Shown here: positions 47,037 through 59,888 of the stretch, in pieces | How positions within the stretch are numbered: the first letter of the stretch is position 1 | Layout: each line of letters begins with the position of its first letter | From: the human T2T-CHM13v2.0 reference genome, Homo sapiens | Direction: 5' to 3' (one strand) | Assembly: GCF_009914755.1 (NCBI RefSeq) | Contig: NC_060932.1 | Length of the DNA stretch: 64,000 nucleotides | Made by a program: the position numbers and the translations under genes | The notes under the pieces: model-generated | Database searches by the model: none | Told to the model about the DNA's origin: nothing | The model's input: only the letters and a program-made list of their open reading frames with translations

Positions 47037-48166
47037 CTACCTGAACCTGGGCAAGTTACTTAACACTCTATTCTCAATTTACTCATCTGTATGAAGGGCA
47101 TGATATCCATATCTGACTCTAAGTTTATTATTAACATAACGAATACATGAGTTAACCCATGTGAGGGGCTTAGAACATTAGCTGGCATATAGTGGATGCT
47201 CAATAAGTAGTATGATGGTATTGTTGAAGATTACTTGACAAGTCAAAAAGTAGAAAGGAGAAAATAAAAATTCACCTATAATCATTGTTAACATTTTAGA
47301 TTTTGATTTACACACACACACACACCACACACACACACTAACCAATTTTAGTCATTTCATAAGTTGCCATCTCTACAAATTCTCTCCATTTTTAAATTCT
47401 TTTCTTGTCCTCTTCCTTTCACTTTCTATTGTTATATCCTTCTCATTGTTTCTAGAGCTCAGTGGGTTACCTTTCCTGTAGCTCTTTAGTTTTATTTCCA
47501 ATCCTTTTACTTAATAGGTGAAGTAAGAGCATGCTTAGGGCACTACAAAGCTGGGGCTCCCGAGAGGGGGTGGGGGAGAGAGAGAGAGAGACCATGCTTC
47601 AAGTAGTAGATCAGTATATTTTGCAATCAGTATCTAAAACGAAACCATCTTAATTTCAATGGACATAAATTTTGTTTTACAGTTTATTGTTTTTAAAAAC
47701 TATGCACTTTATGTGGTGGAGGGCATTATAATATTTTCACTGAATTAATTGAATCTTCTCTTTCCCGAGCATAGCCATCTTTAACGTGAAGCTATCAATA
47801 TCATCCTGGGCTTATGGATTCATTTCACTTCTAACATGGAAAGTATCTGTTATCTCTTGTGATTTGCCTCTAGCAAGCACTAAAAGGAGGGATATTGCTG
47901 AAAGCAACTAGCAGTCAAACAATCATTTGTGGCATTTAAATTGTGACATTAACCCTGGGTAGGAAAATTGGTTCATTAATTTCCATTTGAAAGTCTTATT
48001 CTGTTAATGGGAAAAAGGCCAATATTCCAAAAGAAAAAAGTAGTTATCACATTTTGAACCTTTGCTCTTTCATTTTTGGTCTGAATATGGTCATTTTTTT
48101 GCTAGGGAGATGAAGTGATTACTTAAGTCAGTAATCAGCCGTAGTGAATCAGCTACAAGAAAATGA

Positions 48167-48534
<368 letters not shown>

Positions 48535-49159
48535 TCATGTGCTCTCAAGATAAAGGCTATGCTTGTGTGTGTGTGTGAGAGAGAGATAGAGAGAGAAAGA
48601 GAAAGAGGTGGGGGAGAGGACAGTTGAGACAGAGTACATAGCATGAAATCCTGGAAATTATATAAATGTTTCATTACTTCTTCTTAAGGAAAGGGTAGTG
48701 GGTAGAAATTTCTTTTTGCCCCAAGTCAAGTCAGTTTTGGGAATGATGGACAACAGGTAGACGAAAGGAATTCTTAATATCAGGCCTTTGCTGATTGAAG
48801 TTTAGCCTTCCCCTCCAGTTACCTCAGGTCCAAATGTAAATATCCTTGGTTTCCTAGGTCACATTTAAGGAGAATAGAAGAATGAATCTCCACTTTTTTT
48901 TTTAAATTTGAAGGGGAGAGTTAAGAGGGAGGAGAAAGATAGTTCAAATTGGATTGATGCTTATTAAATTAAATTTATAATTATGCTTCCTAAAATCAAG
49001 GCAACTTACATTTGCATAGCACTTTATAGCTCAAAACCAACTTTACAAATATGCTGTGAATTGATTTTATGAAAACCTGAAGAATGCAGCTCCTCCCATT
49101 CTCTTATTAATATTTTAAGCCATAACTTTTACTTCAATTCCTCAATGGCAATGGAGCTT

Positions 49160-50600
49160 TTATTCATTCATTTAACAGATGTTAATTGACTACCAAGTAT
49201 GTCGCAGGCACTGTTCAAGGTGCTTGTGATATATTCATGAACAAAACAACCCCAGCCCTGTGGAACTTAGGTTCTAGCGGAGGTAGACACACAAGGAACA
49301 TTGACCATAATAAAAAAGTAAGTTACATTGTGTTTAAGGAGGTGATGGCTGTTATGGAAAAAAGAAAGAGTCGAGAGCTGGGTAAGGGAGATAGAAAGTT
49401 TTAAAGGAATTGGAAATTCCAGCATGGGTGGAAGCAGGTTGCTGCATTAAATAGGGTAGTCAGGTTAAGTCTCATTAAGGTGAGATTTGGACAAAAGCTT
49501 AAAGGAGATGAGAGAGCTAGCCTTAGGTATTTGGGGGAAGAACATTCTGGGAAGATGAAACAGCTGAAGTCAAGGCCTTAAGGTGGGACCAGTGCAGCAA
49601 GATGAGAATGAGTGAGAAGGAGAGTATGGGGAGAATAGACTGTAGAAGTAAGGGACCCATGATCCTGGGGGACCTGGTAGGTCATTGTAACAACCATCAC
49701 TTCTATTCTAAAGGAAAAGGGGAGTCATTACAGAATTGAGCACGAGAGGGCATGATGTGATTTTGTTTCAATGGGATTTCTCTAGATGCTGTTTTGTTGA
49801 GAATAGACTGGAAAGGAGGGAGCGGGTAATCATAAAAGCAGGGAAACCTATTAGGAAACTGTATTCATTTTCTATTCCTGTGTAACATACTATCTCAAAA
49901 CTTAGCAGCTAAACTAGCATACATTCATGATCTCATGCACTTTCTGAGGAATCTGGGAGCAGCTTAGCTGTGAGGTTCCGGCTCAGGGTTTCATAAAGTG
50001 GCAGTCAAGTTGTCATCTGGGTTCATAATTGATTCAAGACTTGACTCAGACAGGAGAGTCTACTAGGCTCACTCACCTGGTTGTGGGCAGCCCTCAGTTC
50101 CTCACCGGCTGTTTGTCAAGGCTTCAGTTCCTTGCCAAAATATGCCATGATATGGTAGTTTGCTAGCACAAGGGGATGGGGTGGGAGTAGGGGAGAGACT
50201 TACAAAGATGGAAGCTGCAGAGTTTTATTATCTAACTCTGTGGTAATATAATATCACTTCTGCTATGTCCTATTGGTCATATAGACCAACCCTGGTCCAG
50301 TGTGGGAGAGGACTCACGAGGGTGTGAATTCTAGGAGTCAAGGATCAATGAGGGCCATATGGGAGGCTGGCTACCACAGAGACAGTGCAATAATCCAAGT
50401 GCAAGATGATGGTGGCTTGGACCAGGGTGCTAGCAGTGGAGGTAGTGAGAAGTGGTCAGAGTCTGGATATATTTTGAAAGTAGAACCAATGGGATTTTCT
50501 AATGAAGTGGATGTAAGAAAATGAGGAATCAAGTATGACTTCAAGTATTGCAACTAGAAGGGTAGAGTTTTCACCAACAGAGACAGGAAAGGCTGAGGGC
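49160..50600 (-). mobile_element. L2 with nested MLT1 LTR (~49860-50378)
   Basis: L2 terminus ttattcattcatttaacagat; L2 body resumes at gcaataatccaagtgcaagatgatggtggcttggaccagggt; LTR ends ggaggctggctaccaca. Confidence 0.78.
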
Positions 50601-51270
50601 AGATAAGGATTTAAAGTGTTGTGTGGTGGTGATTGAAGAGCAGATGTTTGGCTTCCCTATATTATTTATCTTGCTCTTCTCTAATCCTCATCACGGCCCA
50701 ATTAGAGGGCACTACTCTGTGTCTAGTGCTCTGCCAGGTACATCACATGCATTTCTCTCATTTAATTTATCAGCTCTTTCACAAATGCGAAAGCTAAGAT
50801 CCAGACAGGTTGAATCACTTGTTCTATGTGATAGGGCTGGTAAAGTTCTATATGATAGGGATTTGACTCAACGACCATCTCCTGTGGTCACATTCTGGAT
50901 GTATTTTGTAGCTGTGTTACCCTGGACAACTTAGTTAACCTTTGTGTGTGTTAACATTTTCTACAAACAATCTGACACACTTTAGATGTAAGAGCCTAAG
51001 GCCAGTCTGAGTGTGTAGGTGTGTTAATTTACTCAGGGAGATGTGTGTGTGTGTGTGAATGCACTTGGGGATGAAGTAGAGTTTCGTGCTTCTAGAAGAA
51101 AGCCAAAGACTAAGCTAGAGAAGAAGGTTTTCCAGATCCCAGGGTGAAGCCAGGCTGTTGTGAATCCAAGGCAGGACAAAGGCCAGTGACTGTGCATGGG
51201 AGCTGCCGGGCTTTTTATTTGATGGAATGCCACTGTTTTGGTGTCATTCTTGGATCTGACAGCTCAGTGA

Positions 51271-51613
<343 letters not shown>

Positions 51614-51699
51614 TAGTCAGTCATCTTTGCATGATACAAATTAAATGGTAGATTATGTAATAAATAACACATAGGCTGTGAAAATTTTTAGCAAAGGGA

Positions 51700-52500
51700 G
51701 GCCCTGAAAGATTAAAATAGGGAAAATCCTGGAAAATTTTCTGGAGGATGGGATGTTGCAGCTGGACTTTGATAAGAGCACAATTTAGACAGAGAAGCAG
51801 GAAGGGAATTTCAGGCAGGGGAACAGTCTGAGCAAAGGTATAGAAGTAAGAATGGGCATCTTTAGGAAGCTGCAGAGAAAATGGCTTAATTCCTTAAATT
51901 AAATAAGTACAAGGAAGTAAATTTTGAAAAGTAGGTTGGAACCAGATAATGGAAGACCTTAAATGTCAGACAGAGGATTTTGGACTTGATGTTATAGGCA
52001 GTAAAGAGTCATAGTATACTCTGAAAAAGTTATGTTCTATGAAGATTATTTCACTAGCCTTCAATATGGATCAAAGAGGGGAAAGTTGAAGGCATGAAGA
52101 GATAAGACTGGAGCTGTAATAATAAATACGGTGATTGACTTCATGTAAGGGATAAAGAGAAAGAATAATAGCTAGCATGTATGCAGCTTTTATAGTGTGT
52201 CAGTATATTTAATTCTGACAAAAATAGTAGGAAGTGAATATCATTATTCTGTCTACAATGGGATACTTCTCCATTTTATAGGTGAAGAAACTGATACACA
52301 GAAAGGTTAACTAAGTAATCCAGGGTAACACAGCCAATAAGTGGTGCAGCCAAGATTTGCACCCAGGCAGTCTGGCTTCAGAGTCTGGATATTAAAACGG
52401 TACATAAGGTTCAGCCTTGAGTGACTGGGGACAGATAATGATGAGGAGTGCCTGGTTGAGAACTGATGATTAGCTTAGTGTTGAAGACATTGATTTTAAA
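51700..52500 (-). mobile_element. L2 fragments with nested MIR (~52170-52400)
   Basis: L2 phrases; MIR core ccattttataggtgaagaaactga. Confidence 0.7.
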
Positions 52501-52514
52501 TTGACAGCAAGATT

Positions 52515-52955
52515 CTTTTTTTCTTTTTAACTTTCATTTTACATTCAGGGGTACATGTGCAGGTCTGTTATATAGGTAAACTCATGTCACAAGAGTTTGA
52601 TGTACAGCTTATTTCATCACCCAGGTACTAAGCCTAGTACCCAATAGTCATTTTTTATGCTCCTCTTCCTCCCCTCCCCTCACCCCCCGCCCTCTGGTAG
52701 GCACCACTGTCTGTTGTTTGTCTCTTTGTGTCCATTTGTTCTCATCATTTGGCTCCCACTTATAAGTGAGAACATGCAGTATTTGGTTTTCTATTCCTGT
52801 GTTAGTTTAAGGATAATAACCTCTGGCTCCATCCATGTTCCTGCAAAGGACATGATCTTGTTCTTTTTTATGGCTGCATAGTATTCCATGATGTATATGT
52901 ACCACATTTTCTTTATCCATTCTTCTATTGATGGGCATTTAGGTTGATTCCATGA
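52515..52955 (-). mobile_element. L1PA/L1PB 3' end
   Basis: ggggtacatgtgcagg...ctcccacttataagtgagaacatgcagtatttgg...gggcatttaggttgattccatg. Confidence 0.88.
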
Positions 52956-53702
52956 CAAAAGGATTCTATGTAGAAATACAGAAATGGTTCTCAGGTACTA
53001 TATATCTGTTAGTCATTAAAGTAGAGCAATGAAAGCTGTAAGAACAATGATGTAGAGAAATAAGAAAAATACCAAGGAATGGTCAGAGTTAAAGAAAGAA
53101 GAGGAGAACAGGTAGAACAGAAATTAGGAAAGAATGGTTGGCTAAAGAGAAGAACCACCTTAGCATAGTGTCTCACAAGTAAAGCAGGATTTTACAAAAG
53201 CAAAAAAATGGCCAAGAAAATTCAAGGAGTTAAGACCTGAAAACAGTCCATTGGACTTTGAGCTGGTTATTAGTAGAATTAGTTCTATGGAGCGTACTAC
53301 TACTATCTAACTATTATCTGTGGAAGATCTATAATGCACCAAGCACTTCAAATGTAAATATCTGAGTGATTCCTTTAGAATAATATTATAAAATATCATG
53401 ATACAGAGGAAGAAATGGAAGCTCAAAGAGACACCTGCTCATCAAGGAGATGAGCAACTCATCTAAATTCACTCATTGATAGAGCTGAGATTTAAACCGA
53501 AGTTACCCAACTCCAAAAGCATCCTCCCCCTATATCAAGACAAAAATTCCATAAAACACAAACAAACCAATGTCCTTGTAGAAATGGATATGAGAAGTTG
53601 ATTAAAAGTAATAATTTGTGTGCATACTTCACCATCCTAATTTTTTCCTTTGTTATTTTCTTTTTTAAAAAAATTTCTTTTCTTTCCTTTGTTTTTGTTC
53701 TC

Positions 53703-53846
53703 TACAAACCCTTGTGTCTAGGGCTGATTTTCAACAGATCACAGTGAGGGAGCTGCCCTGTTACATAAGAAGCCCTGACCCGGAAGCAGATCATCCACTA
53801 ATGGTTTAGAACGGGGTTTCCCATGAACATGCATTGCGTGACGGGC
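53703..53846 (-). pseudogene. Retrocopy of the 3'-terminal ~145 nt of 28S rRNA (LSU rRNA fragment)
   Basis: acaaacccttgtgtctagggctgattttcaacagatcacagtgagggagctgc...gcgtgacgggc is a diverged reverse complement of the 28S 3' end; T-rich tail 53641-53702; flanking direct repeats 53630-53645 and 53846-53861. Confidence 0.9.
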
Positions 53847-55559
53847 ACTGTCCTAGTTTTTGTTTTGGATCCCAAGTGTCTTTATAAGTGGATTTGTGTC
53901 TGGATCTGTTGACCATAACTGCACATATCTTTAGACGGGGAAAATGTTATGTGTTAAGCTTCCTCTGCTTCTCCCCAGCAAAGCATTCCTGCATTTGACT
54001 GCTATTATACTCAGGGGAGCATGGAGGGGGCTGTCCAGGCAGAATGATCTGGAGCCTTGGAGACTGGCTGGTCTTGGTCTCAGTGGCACAGCTGCATGGT
54101 CCCTTTCATCACTTCAGCTGATGACTCATCTCTCAGCCATCTCCCAGCATCCACACAGAGAAGTCATGGATTAAAGAAAACGAACAAGAAAAAAAAAAAG
54201 TTGTCTGTGTGACATGGCCTTAGCCTTGCTGTGATTGCTCTGGCGATCCCCAAAATTTTCCTCCAAAGCAGGACCTTGGGATCGAGTTTACAGTTGCTGT
54301 TTACCGTTCTGTGTTTGAGGCTACCCAGGACATAGCCCACCTAAAGCTTCACAAAGGATATTTAAAAAGCGGACCAGAGCAGAATTAGAATTGCCCTTCC
54401 AAAAGAGCAATGATAAAACAGCTTCAGAGTGTTCCTAACTGTGGTGAAAGTTGTTCTGTGAAACTTTCCTTTCTTTACAAGTCTACATTTTTGCTCAGTG
54501 TACCAGAGAGATTATTCTGTTTTTATTAAATTAAACTTCATTCAACAGTGCTGTGTACCAGAGAGATTATAATTTGTGAAGAGAAAACCAAATTCATTGC
54601 ATAGTTAAAGGGAAGAGCATAAAAGGCCCCTGTGGCTGCCAAGAATGTGAAAAGAAACAGCTAATAATGTTGTGATTTCCCAAAATACTTTTTCCACTGA
54701 TCACGTAAGGATTCATCAACAATTTCATTTTAGGGGAAAGGCTGATGGCGCTCTTAAATTTATGAGCAAAGCTTTGTGCTAGGAAAGATGAAATCAGCAA
54801 GCTAAGAGACTCAGCAGGAGGGAGTAGGGATTTCAAGAAGGAAGATTTAGGGAAAAATCCCTCCAGTGAATCAGGACACATCTTAGTGTAAATCGAGACT
54901 TGGCTCTGATCCTTCAGCTTGGTGCTTCCTGCTAAACTTTTGGAATTTAGCCAGTGTTATAATTAACACCTCACCCCACCTGCACTCCTCCACAGCAATG
55001 TGTGCGTCTCTGAGGCATGACAGAGTAAAATCCTCATCCTTTTCAATGGTGTGATCACTCCCAATAACATGAAGTCCTTCCTGCAGGACTGGGCATTTTT
55101 GGAAGTGTGCATGCCTGTGCCTTCATGGGCAACGACTGAGGTTCCAAATCCTCTGTTTTACTCTCCAAGTGGAGGCTGCAGACCAGGCACCGAGGGTGGC
55201 CCCAACTAATCAATCGTGGGGGGCCGGTGACATTGTCACAGCCAGGGCCCACCACCTCTGCTACCTTCTTAGTTCTTTCTGGAGGCCTCATTATAGAACC
55301 TCAGGAGTCCACCAGCATATCCTGTCTCCAAATCCAACCCTGCATATTTAGAAGTTTTCTACATGGAAATGCTATTTTATCATTAGATTAAATATGTAAA
55401 TTTTTCTAATGGACTCTCCAAAATAAATACAAATATGCTCCTTTTGTAAGAAAATCCCATTATTCTGCACTACCAAAGTATCCTTCACTTTAAAAAGCAT
55501 TTCCCACATCTCACCATCTCAGCATTGACCAGCACATTCCTACCTATGCTTCAGCTTTG

Positions 55560-56130
55560 TTTAGAAATGTTGGCCCCTTATTTGTCCTGTCATTAGGTTA
55601 GTCCCCTCTGTCATGTGCCCTCACAGCACCACCCATGTCCTTTCTCACACGCATGGCCCTGTGATAGTGATATTCTCTCTCTCTGGCAGGTACGTGGGGT
55701 AAAGAACATTATGTCACGTGCCACTCCATCCTTAACAACCAGCACAATGTCTGGCAACTATTGGGCTCTCAATAAATATTTAAAGAATATTGTTGAATGA
55801 ACAACTTCAATTTCCCTTCAATTAATGATTATCTTTAAGACTTTTAAATTATACTCAACTTTACCAAAAATTGATATATCCACAAATTTTATGGGAACAT
55901 AAAACTGTGCAGTGATAGTCATACCTGTTATTTGCAAAGTACTATGCAGTTTGCAGAATCCTATTTTATCAATTATTTTATTTGATCTTCATAAGCACAT
56001 TGTAAGGTAAGTAGGCACTGAACTATTTAAGAAAGTGAACGTTAGACATTACCCAGCTTCTCACCACTGTAAATGGTGAACAAATACTTACTTCTAAGGC
56101 CTATACTACTCCATGTCACCACAGTGCCTA
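55560..56130. mobile_element. L2 3' end (to ~55800) and MIR (~55930-56130)
   Basis: agcacaatgtctggca...ctcaataaatattt...gttgaatgaa; degenerate MIR. Confidence 0.6.
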
Positions 56131-56532
56131 ACAGTATGGTAGTAAGCCTGCCAACCAGGGTGTTTTCTCATGTATTCCAAGAAGCCTGATTATACCCTTG
56201 TAATCTAACTCATTTGCAATTGAGTCAATGTTCTCTCTTTCCTTCCAATCAGTTTCACCAAACCACTGGCTCAAAGAGCCTGACTCAGAGGCCTAGCGAC
56301 TGGAATTCCACTCTGCTAAACGTGCATTTCCCATCTGCCCCACCCCAAACATATCTTACCAATGTCAGTGTCTTTTTTTCTGACCTGACACAAAAGCATG
56401 CATCATGACAGCACACAAAGGGCCCTTGACACACTTTTCATTGTGAGTTCACGCCAGTTCTCCATCACAAAGTGAGCTGAGGAACCATCTACCATTAGGA
56501 GATCCCATAGGAATGTCAGCAAAAATAGACCT

Positions 56533-56898
56533 CTTTTTTTTAGTCTTTTTTTATTTTCCATTTTATTTTATTTTATTTCTATATTTTTCATTTCAATAGC
56601 TTTAGGGGTACAGGTGGTTTTTGGTTACGTGGATGCATTGTATAGTGATGAAGTCTAGGCTTTTAATGCACCTGTCACCTGAATAGTGTACATTGTACCA
56701 ATGTTTATTATATCACTCTGTTTGCCTTTGCATACCCATAGCTGCTTAGCTCCCACTTATAAGTGAGAACATGTAGTATTTGTTTTTTGTTGTTGTTGTT
56801 CCTGAGTTACTTCACTTAGGATAGTGGCCTCCAGTTCCGTCACTGTTGCTGCAAAAGACCTCCTTTCATTCTTTTTTAATGGCTGAGTACTATTTCAT

Positions 56899-56937
<39 letters not shown>

Positions 56938-57232
56938 ACCATGTTTTCTTTAACCACTCATAGATTGATGGGTACATATGTTTTTTTCCATATCTTTGCA
57001 ATTGTGAATTGTGCTGTAATAAACATACAAGTGGAGGTGTCTTTTTAATATAATGACTTATTTTCCTTTGGGTAAATACCTAGCGATGGGATTGCTGGAA
57101 GTAGTGGTAGATCTACTTTTGGTTCTTTGAAAAATCTCCATACTGTTTTCCATAGAGATTGTACTAATATACATTCCTATCAACAGTAAATAACTGTTCC
57201 CTTTCCCACATCTGCACCAACATATGTTGGTT
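56533..57232 (-). mobile_element. L1PB/L1MA 3' end with internal (TG)n (56900-56935)
   Basis: ggggtacaggtggtttttggttac...gggattgctgga...ggtagatctacttttggttctttg; flanked by gacctctttt repeats. Confidence 0.88.
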
Positions 57233-58037
57233 CTTGGCAAAAAGGGACCTCTTTTATGACTGCATGATCATCAGAAGTCCTTGGCAGTTGAATTTCTATT
57301 GATTGATGTTGGTGTTGCCTTTGCCAGCCTTGTCACATGTCCCTGCCATGTTACGATGTGCTGACATAGGTGTTAACTGAAATACAATGTCTCATTGTTC
57401 CATGTTGGTTCCATTTCAGTGAACAAGCATATGAGGGCTAGGAGAGAAGTGACCAAACCTCTGCAGGCTCTGTTATTTGATAGCCGAGCACCCAGCAGGG
57501 GAAATGCTGAGGACTGTCATGGTCTTTGGGTACTTGAGTCATCATACTCACCTGAAGACATTGCCTTGTTTGTCAATTGCTGCTTTATGCAAGGCTGGCT
57601 TGGTTAGGATTGATTGACTCCCACCCATTTCTGTTTCTACTGTAAATTCCCCGTATAGACTCCCTCACTTTCCATGATGGTCTTTGTAGCTTGTAGTTTT
57701 TATATCACCTAAATATTGTAGAATTCTGTTGTAGCACAGGATCTACAATAGAGTCCGTCTCATTACTGCTGTTCCATATCATTTTACACAGCATTACCTG
57801 AATACACTGTGTTTGCAAAGTAGCTTACATTGCCTTTTACATTGAGACATGGGTTGGTCTATAATTTGCTAGTAATTTCAAGTATAGATTAAACTAGATA
57901 AAACAGTTTTCAATAATCATTAGCATATTGATTACATTCAATGTCTTACACATATTTATAATGAGAACTCAGAGAATTAAATGAAACCTGCTCTCTCTTA
58001 GGGTTCCATTCTTGCATTCATTAATAAAGAATAATTA

Positions 58038-58327
58038 GGCCAGGCGTGGTGGCACATGCCTGTAATCCTTGCACTCTGGGAGGCCCAGGCACATGGATCA
58101 CCTGAGGTCAGGAGTTTGAGAACAGCCGTCTCTACTAAAAATACAAAAATTAGCCAAGCAAGGTGGCAGCTGCCTGTAATCCCACTTACTTGGGAGGCTG
58201 AGGCAGAGAATCCTTGAACCTGGGAAGTGGAGGTTTCAGTGAGCCGAGATTGCACCATTGCACTCCAGCCTGGACAACAAGAGTGAAACTCCATCTCAGA
58301 AAAAAAAAAAAAGAATAAATAAATAAA
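58038..58327 (+). mobile_element. AluS with small internal deletion
   Basis: Dimer; left arm lacks the tggccaacatggtgaaacc segment. Confidence 0.9.
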
Positions 58328-58383
58328 ATTACTTGGCCCCTAGAATGACTGGATACAGAGCTCTGAGTTTGAAGAGGACCAAT

Positions 58384-58760
58384 TGTTTTAGTCAATTTTG
58401 TGCTGCTATAACAGAATACCTGACCCTGGGTAGAAATTTATTGGCTCACAATTCTGGAGGCCCAGAAGTCCAGGATCAAGGGGCAGCATCTGACCAAGGA
58501 CTTCTTGCTGCATCATCTTATGGGGAAAGATGGAAGGGTAAAGAGAGAGTAAGATGGAAAGAGAGCAAGAGGGGGTGAAGCTATTTCAGTCACAATGAAC
58601 CCACTCCTTTGATAATGGCATTGATCCATTCATGACCTAAACACCTCTTAAAGATGAGTGGGCTCAACACCATGTGGGAGCCCTACCTTCCAATACCATC
58701 ACAATGTTGACTAAATTTTAACTTAGGTTTTGGAGGTGATGAACATTCAAACCATAATAC
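58384..58760 (-). mobile_element. MLT1A/MST-type MaLR solo LTR
   Basis: tgtgctgctataacagaatacctga...cacaattctggagg...acattcaaaccata. Confidence 0.82.
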
Positions 58761-58983
58761 CAACTTATACTACTGGTACTACTTTTTAAAGACTTATTAC
58801 TTCTCATAGACAGTAGAAAAATAAATCAGTAGTTGTCACTTTAACTTTAAACTTCTTCCCTTCCTTCTCCCCCATTCTGGGGAAATAAAAATTAATGTTT
58901 GTAGTCATGTAATATGTATATTATTAGGGGTAAAAAATTTGCTCTCTCTGAAAATGAACCTCACATTTCTCTTGTTTTTACAG

Positions 58984-59179
58984 TAATAAAAGACTAGTGG
59001 CCTTAGTGCCCATGCCCAGTGACCCTCCATTCAATACCCGAAGAGCCTACACCAGTGAGGATGAAGCCTGGAAGTCATACTTGGAGAATCCCCTGACAGC
59101 AGCCACCAAGGCCATGATGAGCATTAATGGTGATGAGGACAGTGCTGCTGCCCTCGGCCTGCTCTATGACTACTACAAG
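58984..59179 (+). CDS. GRHL2: GRHL2 coding exon 2 (aa 7-72, N-terminal transactivation region)
   Basis: Acceptor tttctcttgtttttacag|T at 58983/4, donor AAG|GTAGGT at 59179/80; translation includes [47 protein letters not shown], the conserved grainyhead-like N-terminal motif; 20+196=216 nt=72 codons. Confidence 0.98.
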
Positions 59180-59533
59180 GTAGGTCCCCAGCCTCCACTT
59201 TTCTCTTCTTCCTGCTCCAGGACAACCCTTTGCTGGTGGGAAGAAGGAACAGATTGTTTGTCCCAGGCCAGGGAACTAATAGCATTTCCAAAGTCAATAT
59301 AGAATTCAGCCTCTTCCTGTTCTCCTTGCTCCCTGCTTCCCCATCTACAAAGCTCAACTTTATCACCCATCCAGAGGAAGTACTCATTTTGGGATAATAT
59401 TTTTTGTGTTCCTTGTTCACATGCATAAATATTATTTGCATATTATTCTTACCATATTACAAATACTTCCTTGTTGCTATGTTTACTTTAGGATTATTAT
59501 TTTTGCTGAATGAAGTATATTACATTGAGTGGC

Positions 59534-59888
59534 TTTATTAGTCCATTTTCACACTGCTGATAAAGACATACTGGAGACTGAGAAGAAAAAGCGGTTTAAT
59601 TGGACTTACAGTTCCACATGGCTGGGGAGGCCTCAGAATCATGGCAGGAAGCAAAAGGCACTCCTTACACGGCAGTGGAAACAGAAAATGAAGAAGATGC
59701 AAAAGTGGAAACCCCTGATAAAACCATCAGATCTTGTGAGACTTATTCGCTATCACGAGAACAGTATGGGGGAAACTGCTCCCACAATTCAAATTATCTG
59801 CCACAGTGTCCCTCCCACAACACATGGGAATTATGGGAGTACAATTCAAGATGAGATTTGGGTGAGGACACAGAGCCAAACCATATCA
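59534..59888 (-). mobile_element. THE1 (THE1C-like) solo LTR with 5-bp TSD GTGGC
   Basis: attagtccattttcacactgctgataaagacata...acagagccaaaccatatca; GTGGC at 59529-59533 and 59889-59893. Confidence 0.92.

Noticed and set aside
59180-59302. ORF 58997-59302 continuing past YYK
   Set aside because: Read-through into intron 2; grainyhead similarity stops at the AAG|GTAGGT donor
59780-59800. DUX4 site in the THE1 LTR
   Set aside because: Local sequence caattcaaatta departs from the TGATT..ATTA-type motif
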